DNA of 33,808 nucleotides from Bdellovibrio sp. (GCA_046318155.1 JBKCUU010000105.1:1-33808); one strand, 5' to 3'. Positions 1 through 9,018 are shown, counted from the stretch's first letter. Notes: generated from the sequence alone by a model not told the origin. Made by a program: numbers and translations.

Positions 1-3000
1 CGTTGCTCCAAGACCACCGCCTGTGATGGTTTGTGCCGTTGCTCCTGTCACATCCACAACTGTTGTTCCACTGTAGTTTGTCGTTGTGGCAGAAATGGTC
101 GTCCCAGCTCGCGAGTTAATTGTACCGCCAGTCATCGTCACAGCATAAGCCCCTGTGCCTTGTGCAAAAGTCAACAGCCCACCAGAATTGAGCGTTGCCA
201 TATTTACTGTGATCGCGGCAGCTGGCGCAAAAGTCACCGTGCCAGCGACCGCCGTTGTTCCGGTAAACGTCAAAGTATTGCTGCCACTCAAATTTAATCG
301 AGGAATTGTCTGTGTTGTACCAGCCCCTGCCACAGTTTGAGCATTGCCGCCTGTGACGTCGACAACGCCAGTTCCTGTGTAGGTTGTTGTGGTTGCCGAC
401 AAAGTTGTGCCATTTAAAGAAGTGATTGTTCCGCCTGTAATCGTGGCCGCGACTCCGCCTCCTTGCGCGAAAGTTAAAATACCGTTGGCCCTCAAGTTAG
501 ATGCACCCAAGGTATAAGTTGTTGCTATCGTGGGTGAAAACATAACGTTATTATACGAGACTGTGCCGTTATCTGTGATCGTCGCAGCGGCCCCATTTGT
601 CGCAAAATTCAAAGTCGATCCTGTGACTGAGATTACCCCCGTCGTATAGATATAGTTTCCGGTGATATTTAAGAAGTTTGTAAATGTAACCGCGCCCGCA
701 CTGTTGATTGTCAGGTTTGGCAGCTTGCCTGCTGTCGAAGCAGTCCCCGTGATTGTTTTTGCAGCCGCGCCGGTAACATTGATAACAGTGTTTACGCCTG
801 CAGTTCGCGGCATTCCTAAATTAGTGACGTTGATATTACCTGCGGCATTGATCGTTGCAACGCCAGCAAATGTCGTGGTTCCTGTTCCATCTAAAATTAA
901 GGTTCCGTTGACGGTCATACTGCTTGCGCCAGCCAAAGTATGCGTTAAATTAAGTCCAGTGAAGGTGACGTTGTTAACCATGTTTGCAACTGCCGAAGTA
1001 TAAGTTCCTGTTCGTTGAAAATAAAGGGTCGAGCCCGTCACGGTGAAAGTGCCGGGGGCCGTATTGTAGCTGTATGACATCGGCGTCACACAACCCGAAA
1101 GCACAACGGTGCCGGCGCCGGTTCCGTTGATTTGCAATGCCGGTAGCTGGACACCCGGGCAAACTCCGCCGCTCGTTACGGTTTTTGTTTGTCCTGCGGC
1201 GGGGGCCATCGAAATGATTCCGGTTCCGACGTAGCCATTGCCAGTCGCAGTGACTGTATGCGATCCAGCACCAGTCATCGTGAGCGTCCCAGAGTTAAAA
1301 GTTCCAACCCCGACACTATCACCAATATTTAAATTTCGTGTCACAGAGGCCGTCCCGGTCATGGTGACTGTCGTTGTACCTGCCGTCGTCAGATTCAAGT
1401 TCGAGAAGGCGATCGCGGTTCCGCCACTCACCCTGATTGCAAGCGCTGCACTTGTGGTATTAAACGTCGTTAATCCGGTTGTTGGAGTAAAAGTCGAACC
1501 CGCGGAATAGTTCGGCAAAAAAGAGTTTCCAGAAAAGATATTGGGTCCCGTTCCGCCAATATAGTTACTTCCGCCCGTAACCATGTCAAAAGTATTGCTG
1601 AAGGTAATTGCTGAGCTACATCCGGCGGCGCCAAAGGTATTGGTATTTGCACCTTTTGTCTGGGTAAATGCGCCAGTAAATGTCAGTGATCCGGTTGTGC
1701 AATCAAATAAAATATTTCCGGCAGAGCTATTTAGAGAGGTCGCGCCAGCAACCGTGATGTTGCCCGCTAACCCCCGAAATGAGCCTCCGGTCATGTCCAA
1801 ATTATTGCCAAAAGCCAAAGTGCCTGTACCCGTTGGGCCATTTAAGGTCCCCGCGCTTTGAGTAAAAGCCCCTGTAATTGTATTGGTGCCGCTGCTACCA
1901 AATGACCAGGCCCCACCAGACATCAAAAAGCCCCCGGTGGTCGTCATTGTTCCCGTTGTTGCCGAAACTGTCCCAGAGGTAATATTCACCCCGCCGGTTC
2001 CGATCGCAAGGGTGTTCGCTCCGAGAGAAATCGTGCCCGCATAACTATTAAACAAGTTTATCGAAAGGGCCGTGGCCGCAACATCGATTGTGCAATCGCA
2101 ATTGGGTCCCGTGCATTGGCTTGAATCAAAAACCACCGAGCTTGTCGAGGTTGGAACAGCTCCGCCCGCCCAATTGCCTGGAGTGCTCCACTTGTTATCG
2201 CCGGCCAGACCGGTCCAGTTAAAGCCATATCCGGTGCAGCTTAGAATTCCCCCAGAATTCACAAGGGGGCTCGTCGAAGTTAATGTTCGTGTGTTGCAAA
2301 GAAGCGTTCCGCCATTATTGATTGTCAGAGCAGCAGGAGTTCCTGGGTTGACACTCATGTCACCGCTCATCGTTACGGTTCCGGTGTTGATTGTCATGGC
2401 GCCAATAACATTTGTCTGAGCGGCACCTAAGATCGTGACCAAAGTCCCTGCCGTGGCCTTGTTAACTAACAGCAGTCCATTTGGCAAAAATGTATTTGCC
2501 GAGATCGATGAGGCTGTCCCTGTCAACGTCATTTTAAGCCCGCCCCGTGCGCCTTCGCCGGTGGCGACTATATTTCCGTTTTGCAAAGTCAAAGTCATTG
2601 TGCCTGCTGAATCGACTCTGCAGTTCAGGCCGCAGCCCACGCCTGCACCAAAAGTCACATTTCCGGTGGCCGTTATTGCCGTTAGGCCGCTGAAGGCCAC
2701 GTTATTAAGGCTCGTAATGTTGCCAAAATTAAACACTAAGTTGTTTGGATTAAACATGGTGGTGTTGGTCGTAACCGTCTGCGTCCCGGTGGTCAAAAGC
2801 GTGATTGTTCCTGAGTTGGCCGAAACATTGCCGGCAGCAGTTATATTGGCAATATTGATATTGCCAGAAATTTGAGTGTCTCCACTGCTGAATCGAAAGC
2901 AAGGAGCACTGGGGCAAGACGTCACATTCCATGTTCCTGATAAAGTGAAAGGACCACCGATGGTCCAGCTCCCAGTTCCACCATTAAAGGTTGGCCCCGC

Positions 3001-4167
3001 GGCGAGCCCTCCGCCAATGTTAAAGGTAAAGCCAGTGCTTCCAACCACGTTTGTCGACGTGCCGCCGGCGAAGCTGGCTGCTGCTGTTCCTTGCGTAAAG
3101 CCGCCATTAAAATTGTTCGTTCCAGAAGTTGAGGTGTAAGATCCGCCGCTTAAGGTAAATAATCCTGTTGTCGTCACGGTATGAGTTGTGGTCGAGACCG
3201 CACCGCCGCTTGCGGTCCATGTTCCACCCACATTGAGGGGACCGCCGATTGAAATCGTGCCCGCAGACGTTGCAAGAGCACTGACTCCAGAAAGCGTCGT
3301 TGTTCCCAAGGTCGAGAGCGTTCCAGAGCTGCTAAAACTGACGTTGCCGGCAAATGTTGAAGTGTTCCTAGCTGTTGAAAAACTGCCAGTGCCGCTAATT
3401 GCAGTGGCGCCCGTCACCGCCAAAGTTGATCCAACCGTGTTGCCTCCGGTAAAGGTGCCTCCGGTTTGAGTAATGCCTCCGTTAAAGGTGCCAGAGCCCG
3501 TTGTCGAAATGTAACTTCCCGAAGATAAAGTGAACAGACCTGTCGCGGTCACGGTGGCCGCGTTGGCATTCACTGTTGCACCACTGATCGCAGACGTGCT
3601 TGTTAGGTTTGTGGTGCCGATAAAATTGACGGTGCCGCTAGAGGCAGAAAAAGCACCCAAGGAACTGGAGCCTTTGGTTGTCAAAGTTCCGCCAGATACC
3701 GTCGTGGCGACTAAAGAGTTTGTCGTCGATGATAAAGTCATCGCACCGCCTGTAACCGTCGTTGCTCCGCCAATGGTGACCGAGGCGGCATTGGTAAAAT
3801 CGACCGTGTTCGAGGCTTGTGAATAGGTTCCAGAAATCGCAATGGTGACACCGGCACTTGCGGTGATACTGCTCGTTGCTAACCAATTCGCATCAATGTT
3901 AATTCCAGCAATACTGATATTGGTGTCAATAATTGGGCTGCACCTAAGCACGCTTTGATAACAAATACCGATAAAATTTGCCGTATCGGCAGATCCAGGA
4001 ACAACGCCGCCAGACCAGTTATCAGGATTTGACCAGTTGGAATTAGAACCATTGCCGATCCAAGAGTAGGGCGGGTAGCGAAAGTTTAAGAATACGTTGT
4101 AGGTGGCATCTGCAAAGGTGACGATCGCGATAAAATAAATAGAAAGCGTCAGCAATTTTCTTTTCAT
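1..4167 (-). CDS. Giant secreted Gly/Thr/Ser/Ala/Asn-rich beta-strand-repeat (beta-helix/adhesin-like) protein, >=1389 aa, 3' end beyond window
   Basis: Not in ORF track (no stop in window). Hand translation from ATG 4167: MKRKLLTLSIYFIAIVTFADATYNVFLNFRYPPYSWIGNGSNSNWSNPDNWSGGVVP...; signal-peptide-like N-terminus; AGGTG RBS upstream; the same frame reads open down to base 1 (...VVDVTGATAQTITGGGLGAT). The Val/Pro-rich + strand ORFs here are its antisense shadow. Confidence 0.9.
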   Translation of the reverse strand, partial: MKRKLLTLSIYFIAIVTFADATYNVFLNFRYPPYSWIGNGSNSNWSNPDNWSGGVVPGSADTANFIGICYQSVLRCSPIIDTNISIAGINIDANWLATSSITASAGVTIAISGTYSQASNTVDFTNAASVTIGGATTVTGGAMTLSSTTNSLVATTVSGGTLTTKGSSSLGAFSASSGTVNFIGTTNLTSTSAISGATVNANAATVTATGLFTLSSGSYISTTGSGTFNGGITQTGGTFTGGNTVGSTLAVTGATAISGTGSFSTARNTSTFAGNVSFSSSGTLSTLGTTTLSGVSALATSAGTISIGGPLNVGGTWTASGGAVSTTTHTVTTTGLFTLSGGSYTSTSGTNNFNGGFTQGTAAASFAGGTSTNVVGSTGFTFNIGGGLAAGPTFNGGTGSWTIGGPFTLSGTWNVTSCPSAPCFRFSSGDTQISGNINIANITAAGNVSANSGTITLLTTGTQTVTTNTTMFNPNNLVFNFGNITSLNNVAFSGLTAITATGNVTFGAGVGCGLNCRVDSAGTMTLTLQNGNIVATGEGARGGLKMTLTGTASSISANTFLPNGLLLVNKATAGTLVTILGAAQTNVIGAMTINTGTVTMSGDMSVNPGTPAALTINNGGTLLCNTRTLTSTSPLVNSGGILSCTGYGFNWTGLAGDNKWSTPGNWAGGAVPTSTSSVVFDSSQCTGPNCDCTIDVAATALSINLFNSYAGTISLGANTLAIGTGGVNITSGTVSATTGTMTTTGGFLMSGGAWSFGSSGTNTITGAFTQSAGTLNGPTGTGTLAFGNNLDMTGGSFRGLAGNITVAGATSLNSSAGNILFDCTTGSLTFTGAFTQTKGANTNTFGAAGCSSAITFSNTFDMVTGGSNYIGGTGPNIFSGNSFLPNYSAGSTFTPTTGLTTFNTTSAALAIRVSGGTAIAFSNLNLTTAGTTTVTMTGTASVTRNLNIGDSVGVGTFNSGTLTMTGAGSHTVTATGNGYVGTGIISMAPAAGQTKTVTSGGVCPGVQLPALQINGTGAGTVVLSGCVTPMSYSYNTAPGTFTVTGSTLYFQRTGTYTSAVANMVNNVTFTGLNLTHTLAGASSMTVNGTLILDGTGTTTFAGVATINAAGNINVTNLGMPRTAGVNTVINVTGAAAKTITGTASTAGKLPNLTINSAGAVTFTNFLNITGNYIYTTGVISVTGSTLNFATNGAAATITDNGTVSYNNVMFSPTIATTYTLGASNLRANGILTFAQGGGVAATITGGTITSLNGTTLSATTTTYTGTGVVDVTGGNAQTVAGAGTTQTIPRLNLSGSNTLTFTGTTAVAGTVTFAPAAAITVNMATLNSGGLLTFAQGTGAYAVTMTGGTINSRAGTTISATTTNYSGTTVVDVTGATAQTITGGGLGAT

Positions 4168-4201
4168 TGCTAGCACCTAGCCAAGACTGGCCCGCACTGA
4201 A

Positions 4202-7200
4202 CTATAATCCCGAAACCCAGGAAATGAAACACGTGCCCCCGCCGACGTTCGTGGTGTAAATAATTGTGTAAATCGATCTTGTACCAGATTTGGTCGGAGC
4301 ATTGGCCGGAACAAAAGACGTGGCTGTGCATGAGCCGCCAAAAGTATATGTGCGCGAAGTGGTATCTGCAATGATCAGTGAGTAGGCTCCCCCGCTCGTG
4401 AGACCACTAATCGATAATGCTGCTCCAGAAGCATTTTGCAAAACCTGAACGTTGCCTGTAGAAAAATTAACCGCAGCCGTTGGTCCTGCAATATTATTAT
4501 CGGCAGCGACAATCGCTCCTCCAGAAGAAGCAAGACTTCTGGACGTCACATCACCATCTTTAGTCACAGCCATTCTTTCGACGCCATTGTTTGCAACCGA
4601 AAGCAGCTTAGCGCCAGTCGTGGTGTAGTTCGTCGATGAATTCAGCGTAAAGGCTTTTGCCGATGCGCTGTCTGCCACCGTTGAGGTCATTGTTCCAGCA
4701 GATAAGGTTTGACCCACAAACGTGGGTGAGGCGCCAGAGTGAATATCTTGCGGACCGCTGAGGGTAATGCTGCCAGCACCATTGGAAACTGAAATACGAT
4801 TCGTGGTTCCTGTGATTCCGGCAAGGGTATAGCCTGCGCCGTTTCCGATTGGCAAAAATCCGTTGGTTGCCGTGCTGCCATCAACGCCAGTTCCGCCTTT
4901 AGACGCTGGCACGATTCCGCCAGACCAGGCTCCTGTTGAACTGAGCACGGTAGATCCATTGATCATCAAGTCGCCATCTTTAGTAACAGCTAGTTTTTCG
5001 ACGCTATTGTTTGCAATCGAAAGAAGTTTCGCGCCCGCGTTGGTATAGTTTGTCGAAGTGTTTAGAGTGAAGGCTTTTGCCGTCCCACCATCTGCGACGC
5101 TCGAGGTTGTCTGGCCACTTGTCGTTAGAAGCGATCCATCTTGAACCACAGAGAACCGATCAACACCGTTATTTTGAACAGAAAGAAGGTTTGCCGAGGT
5201 TGTATAAGCAGCCGAGGTGTTTAACGTAAATGCTTTTGCAGCAACGCCATTTGCAACTGTCGAGGTCAGAGTCCCTGCGGACAAAGTTTGACCCATAAAT
5301 GTGGGGGACGCCGTGGCTCGAATATCCTGTGCAGTATCAAGCATGATGCTTCCAGCACCATTTGTGATGGTCACACCCTGATTGGTATTCTGAGTAATGT
5401 TGGCCAAGGTATAGCCAGCGCCATTGCCAATCGGAATTCTTCCATTTGCAGCCGTGCTGCCATCAAATCCTGTTCCGCCTTTAGACGCAGGGACGATTCC
5501 ACCTGACCAGGCCCCTGTTGAGCTGAGCACGGTAGATCCATTGATCATCAAGTCACCATCTTTAGTGACCGCCAGTTTTTCGACGCTGTTGTTTGCAATC
5601 GAAAGAAGTTTGGCCCCTGCGGTGGTGTAGTTCGCTGAAGAGTTCATAGTGAAGGCGACTGCAGTACCACTATTTGCCACATTAGAGGTCATTGTTCCAG
5701 CAGATAAAGTTTGGCCCACAAAAGTCGGAGACGCGCCCGTATGAATATCTTGTGGACCGCTGAGCGTGATCGAACCTGCGCCTGGAGTCACAGTGATTCG
5801 ATTGGCTGTGCCAGCAATGCTGCCGACAACTGGAGCTAAGCCTGTTGAACCGATCAGAAGCTGACCATTTGTCATGACTCCGCCCTCAATAATTGCTCCG
5901 CCACTAGAGACCATGATCTGATTGTTTGTGAGTGCTGTCGTGCTATTTGTCCCACCCCTATTGATCGGAACTGTGTTGAGTGTCAGGGTTCCATTGCTGG
6001 CCAGTGTGGCGGCTCCGCTGATGGCAACTGGAGTGGCAACACTCGAACCATTACCAACCCAAATATTAGCCGTCGCGAGTCCCGTCGATAATTTATTTGA
6101 AAACGTCGTCCAGTCGGCCGAGGTCAGGGCACCCCGACGAGTCGCATCAGCGTTAGGAAGATTAAAAGTATGCGTTGAGGCCGCCGAGCTAATATTGAAA
6201 TCAACTCCAGAAGTTCCTGTCGCAAAAGTTTGCGTGGAGCCCGTTATAGAATTTAGTGACGTCAAACCAGAACCCGCGATTCCAAGCGATTGTGCTGCAG
6301 CCCCATCCCAATATTTGACTTGGCCGGCCGTCGTGTTGAACCAAACTTTACCTTTATCTGTAACTCCAAGTCCCGTGGGATCCGTGGCGACTGCATTGAG
6401 TCCTAGGCTGCCTGTTAAAACATCGCCGGCCTTATTAAGTGGCGTGTATCCAAGAGCCGTTGTGATGTTTGAGGGCGAAAGAGCCGTGATACCTGTGACT
6501 CGTCCTTTTGCATCGACTGTGACATTCGAATAGGCGCCAGCCGTTACGCCGGAGCTTGCAAGTGTCGCCACGCCGGCATTGGACAACGTGACATCACCCG
6601 TGATCGCAACAGGAGCGGCCACGCTGCCGGCGCTTCCGACCCAAACATTGGCAGGTGCTAACGATGCGCCAACTGGCGAAGGACTATTTGCAGCAATTGT
6701 GATGCTACCGGGGCCTGGTGTGATCGAGATTCCAGAGCCTGCGGTGATGCTTGCTGGCACGGGAGCTGAACCCGTTGCTCCAATTAAGATCTGTCCGTTA
6801 CTTAAGACCTGCGAGGTCACCTGAGTGCCAATCGCATTCATCGCAAGAACTCCATTACCTGCTAAGCTCGTCACTCCGGTACCGCCACCAAGAACTGGCA
6901 GTGTGCCCGGAGTTTGGGCCACCCAATTTCCGCCGACAAACGTCAAATACTGACCCGCGGTTGGCACAGCCGTAAAATCAATCGGATATGATTTTAATCT
7001 GTTCACCGAAAGACTTGTATAGCCTCCTGAAACATCACCGCCAAAGGCCGAGTTGCCTTGAATTGCTGTATTGGCTGCTGAGCCATAAGTGACATTGAAA
7101 ACAGGGTCCGTTGCAGTACCTGAATTTGTAAGCCCTGTTCCTGCGGTCGCTGTTTGCACGCTTGAATTGGTATTACTTAGCGTGATCGCGGCACTTCCAT

Positions 7201-8242
7201 TCCAGTATCTTAACGTATTGGTTGTTGAATTGACCCAAACTGTTCCTGTCGCCGCAGCTCCGAGGATGGTCAACGCAGAAATTAAAGGGACTTCTTGAGC
7301 TGTGGTGTATTTGCCTAAGCCTGTCGTCCCTGCCACGGTAACAGAATTCGGAAACGCGACATTTCCCAAGGCACTAATATTGATTGCTGCCGTGGCCCCA
7401 GAATAAATAATTAAACCATTGGTTCCTTCTTGCGCAACAATCGAGGCCCGCCTTGTGGCGCCGCCATAAAAATCAACGGCCGAAGATCCGCCGCCGCCGC
7501 CAATTGCACCCAAACGAATTGTCGGCGAGACCTTTTCGATATGAATATCCGCCAAGGGGCTTGGTAAACCAATCCCCAGTCTTCCCGACGCGCTGGTCGC
7601 AAGTATATTTTGTGTTGTCGAAATATTTCCTGTTACAGAGTTAGACCCATCCGTTCGAAGATAAACAGAATCATGATGATGGAGCGTCGAGGCATCAGTG
7701 CCGTCAACCACGCCCATCAAACGAGCTTGGGTCAGGTTTGGACCTTGGACTTGCAAAATTTGATTGCTTGAGAGGCCATCTAGCATCTGAGCGTTGATCG
7801 CAAAAGGGGCCGCCGCGATCGTCTGCATCCCTGCCATCGGCGTCCCGTCAATAACCAGTTCTAAACGGCGCCAGTCATTCGAGCCCGGAGCATAAAGCCC
7901 AGCGCAAGAGTCTACCAGGGTTAATGTCGGCGAATTGTTGTACACGTTTAAAAAAGTATTTGCCGGACCGGTTGAGTTGGCTGCGGCTCCGAGCATGACC
8001 GAGATCATTCCAAATGAGGTTGGCGTAACAGCTTGAGTCTCTTCGTAAATATAGCAGCTTCCTGCCGGAGGATAGATGCGAAATTTGATGGTGACGGGGT
8101 AGTTAATGGGGTTTCCGCCCGTGTCAGTGATGCGGCCTTGAAATGGAAGAAGCTGTGGAACGCCGCCGCCAGCAAGCCCCACCTGACTGATCAGCAAGAC
8201 GGCAATCTGAAGTAATGACTTCAGCCATCGATTACTGAGCAT
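4202..8242 (-). CDS. Secreted phage-tail-fibre-like trimeric adhesin (Bdellovibrio mosaic adhesive trimer/'cell wall anchor'-like), 1346 aa
   Basis: Signal peptide, then FQGRITD..G.P...V.F.IY.P..SCYIYEE.Q N-domain typical of Bdellovibrio fibre proteins; tail-fibre motifs GVTAGAYSNVTVDAKGRVT, ALGYTPLNKAGD, repeated P..GGTG and HHHD.VY; internal repeats in the C-terminal third. Confidence 0.8.
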   Translation of the reverse strand: MLSNRWLKSLLQIAVLLISQVGLAGGGVPQLLPFQGRITDTGGNPINYPVTIKFRIYPPAGSCYIYEETQAVTPTSFGMISVMLGAAANSTGPANTFLNVYNNSPTLTLVDSCAGLYAPGSNDWRRLELVIDGTPMAGMQTIAAAPFAINAQMLDGLSSNQILQVQGPNLTQARLMGVVDGTDASTLHHHDSVYLRTDGSNSVTGNISTTQNILATSASGRLGIGLPSPLADIHIEKVSPTIRLGAIGGGGGSSAVDFYGGATRRASIVAQEGTNGLIIYSGATAAINISALGNVAFPNSVTVAGTTGLGKYTTAQEVPLISALTILGAAATGTVWVNSTTNTLRYWNGSAAITLSNTNSSVQTATAGTGLTNSGTATDPVFNVTYGSAANTAIQGNSAFGGDVSGGYTSLSVNRLKSYPIDFTAVPTAGQYLTFVGGNWVAQTPGTLPVLGGGTGVTSLAGNGVLAMNAIGTQVTSQVLSNGQILIGATGSAPVPASITAGSGISITPGPGSITIAANSPSPVGASLAPANVWVGSAGSVAAPVAITGDVTLSNAGVATLASSGVTAGAYSNVTVDAKGRVTGITALSPSNITTALGYTPLNKAGDVLTGSLGLNAVATDPTGLGVTDKGKVWFNTTAGQVKYWDGAAAQSLGIAGSGLTSLNSITGSTQTFATGTSGVDFNISSAASTHTFNLPNADATRRGALTSADWTTFSNKLSTGLATANIWVGNGSSVATPVAISGAATLASNGTLTLNTVPINRGGTNSTTALTNNQIMVSSGGAIIEGGVMTNGQLLIGSTGLAPVVGSIAGTANRITVTPGAGSITLSGPQDIHTGASPTFVGQTLSAGTMTSNVANSGTAVAFTMNSSANYTTAGAKLLSIANNSVEKLAVTKDGDLMINGSTVLSSTGAWSGGIVPASKGGTGFDGSTAANGRIPIGNGAGYTLANITQNTNQGVTITNGAGSIMLDTAQDIRATASPTFMGQTLSAGTLTSTVANGVAAKAFTLNTSAAYTTSANLLSVQNNGVDRFSVVQDGSLLTTSGQTTSSVADGGTAKAFTLNTSTNYTNAGAKLLSIANNSVEKLAVTKDGDLMINGSTVLSSTGAWSGGIVPASKGGTGVDGSTATNGFLPIGNGAGYTLAGITGTTNRISVSNGAGSITLSGPQDIHSGASPTFVGQTLSAGTMTSTVADSASAKAFTLNSSTNYTTTGAKLLSVANNGVERMAVTKDGDVTSRSLASSGGAIVAADNNIAGPTAAVNFSTGNVQVLQNASGAALSISGLTSGGAYSLIIADTTSRTYTFGGSCTATSFVPANAPTKSGTRSIYTIIYTTNVGGGTCFISWVSGL
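4555..5760 (-). repeat. Intragenic mosaic repeats in fibre gene (modules A x3, B x4, C x2)
   Basis: QDI..ASPTF.GQTLSAGT.TS x3; AFT.N.S..YT...LLS..NN.V....V..DG x4; a 51-aa block AGAKLLSIANN...PASKGGTG is identical in two copies offset by 582 nt (e.g. 4941 vs 5523). Confidence 0.92.
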
Positions 8243-8801
8243 AGACCGCCCCTAAAGAATGCGTATCGAAGCGAAAAAAACCGTTGGCGCTTGAATTGCC
8301 AGAAATTCCATTATGAATGGCTGACTGATGCCCGCGAAAGATCTCCTGATCCAAATGGGCGGCTGAAACAAAAGTAAGAATTGAACCTGCCGGCGGCAAA
8401 GTAAAGTTAATCGTCACTCTAAATGTTGGACTATACTGATTGTTGACAGACCTCGAGCGGACGTAAACTTTGATCTGACCTGTTATCGCCATTGCGGGCA
8501 AGGTGTAGCTCGAGTTCACGCAGCCTGGGGAAGAATCTGTCCAGCTTGAGTTATCGTATGAGTATTGCAGCGAAGCTGCGCTTTGATCACAAGTTCCTGT
8601 CACCGTATAGGTTTGAACTGTCGTTGAAATTGTTCCGCCATTACTAGCACCCGTGATCGTGGGACCTTTCAACTCAATCAAGTCTTGAGCGGTCGGATCC
8701 GGCGACTGCAACGAACACGCGGGTAGCCATCCAATTGCTGCAAAAAGAATCAGCCTCTTGAAGCTCGTTTCGGTGTTCGAAAAAATCCTTAAAGATTTCA
8801 T
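8232..8801 (-). CDS. Putative lipoprotein with Ig-like/beta-sandwich region, first gene of fibre operon
   Basis: Likely start ATG 8801 (MKSLRIF...); lipobox-like WLPA-C; Thr/Ser-rich beta pattern (TYTVTGTCD, LQYSYDNSSW, IKVYVRS) with two further Cys; 3' end overlaps the fibre gene start by 11 nt. Confidence 0.7.
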   Translation of the reverse strand: MKSLRIFSNTETSFKRLILFAAIGWLPACSLQSPDPTAQDLIELKGPTITGASNGGTISTTVQTYTVTGTCDQSAASLQYSYDNSSWTDSSPGCVNSSYTLPAMAITGQIKVYVRSRSVNNQYSPTFRVTINFTLPPAGSILTFVSAAHLDQEIFRGHQSAIHNGISGNSSANGFFRFDTHSLGAVYAQ

Positions 8802-8808
8802 AACTATA

Positions 8809-8836
8809 AGATCGGAAGGGCGACTCCAAGAATTGA
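8809..8836 (-). promoter_or_regulatory. Putative sigma-28 (FliA)-like promoter
   Basis: TCAA-N16-TCCGATCT on the minus strand, ending 7 nt before ATG 8801; resembles TAAA-N15-GCCGATAA; no SD upstream of that ATG. Confidence 0.4.
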
Positions 8837-8907
8837 GAAAGTCCGGTATTTCGTTAGAAATTGAGACAAACGTCTTGGAAAAAACCCGCCGATCTAACCC
8901 TTGGTCT

Positions 8908-8924
8908 TGTCTCAAGCCGAGACA
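8908..8924. promoter_or_regulatory. Palindromic candidate operator TGTCTCA-N3-CGAGACA
   Basis: Near-perfect inverted repeat upstream of the fibre operon; related sites at 8862-8868 (TGAGACA) and 9593-9609 (TGTCTCA-cct-GTTGACA). Confidence 0.4.
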
Positions 8925-9018
8925 GCTTGGGCTCGGGCCACGCCCCCTTGTTTTTCCAGAATGACATAGACACCGACTCGGCGTCAGGACTTTCTGTGAC
9001 CTGGACTGGCCTTTCGGG

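Noticed and set aside
4555..5760. Repeats as DGR template/variable region or CRISPR array
   Set aside because: Copies are in-frame within one gene, differences are synonymous rather than adenine-specific, there is no repeat-spacer structure, and no reverse transcriptase or cas gene is in the window.
31..8215. Many Val/Pro-rich + strand ORFs (e.g. 662-1003, 2435-2875, 5922-6533)
   Set aside because: Antisense shadows of the Thr/Gly-rich minus-strand giant genes; fragmented and without RBS or domain signatures.
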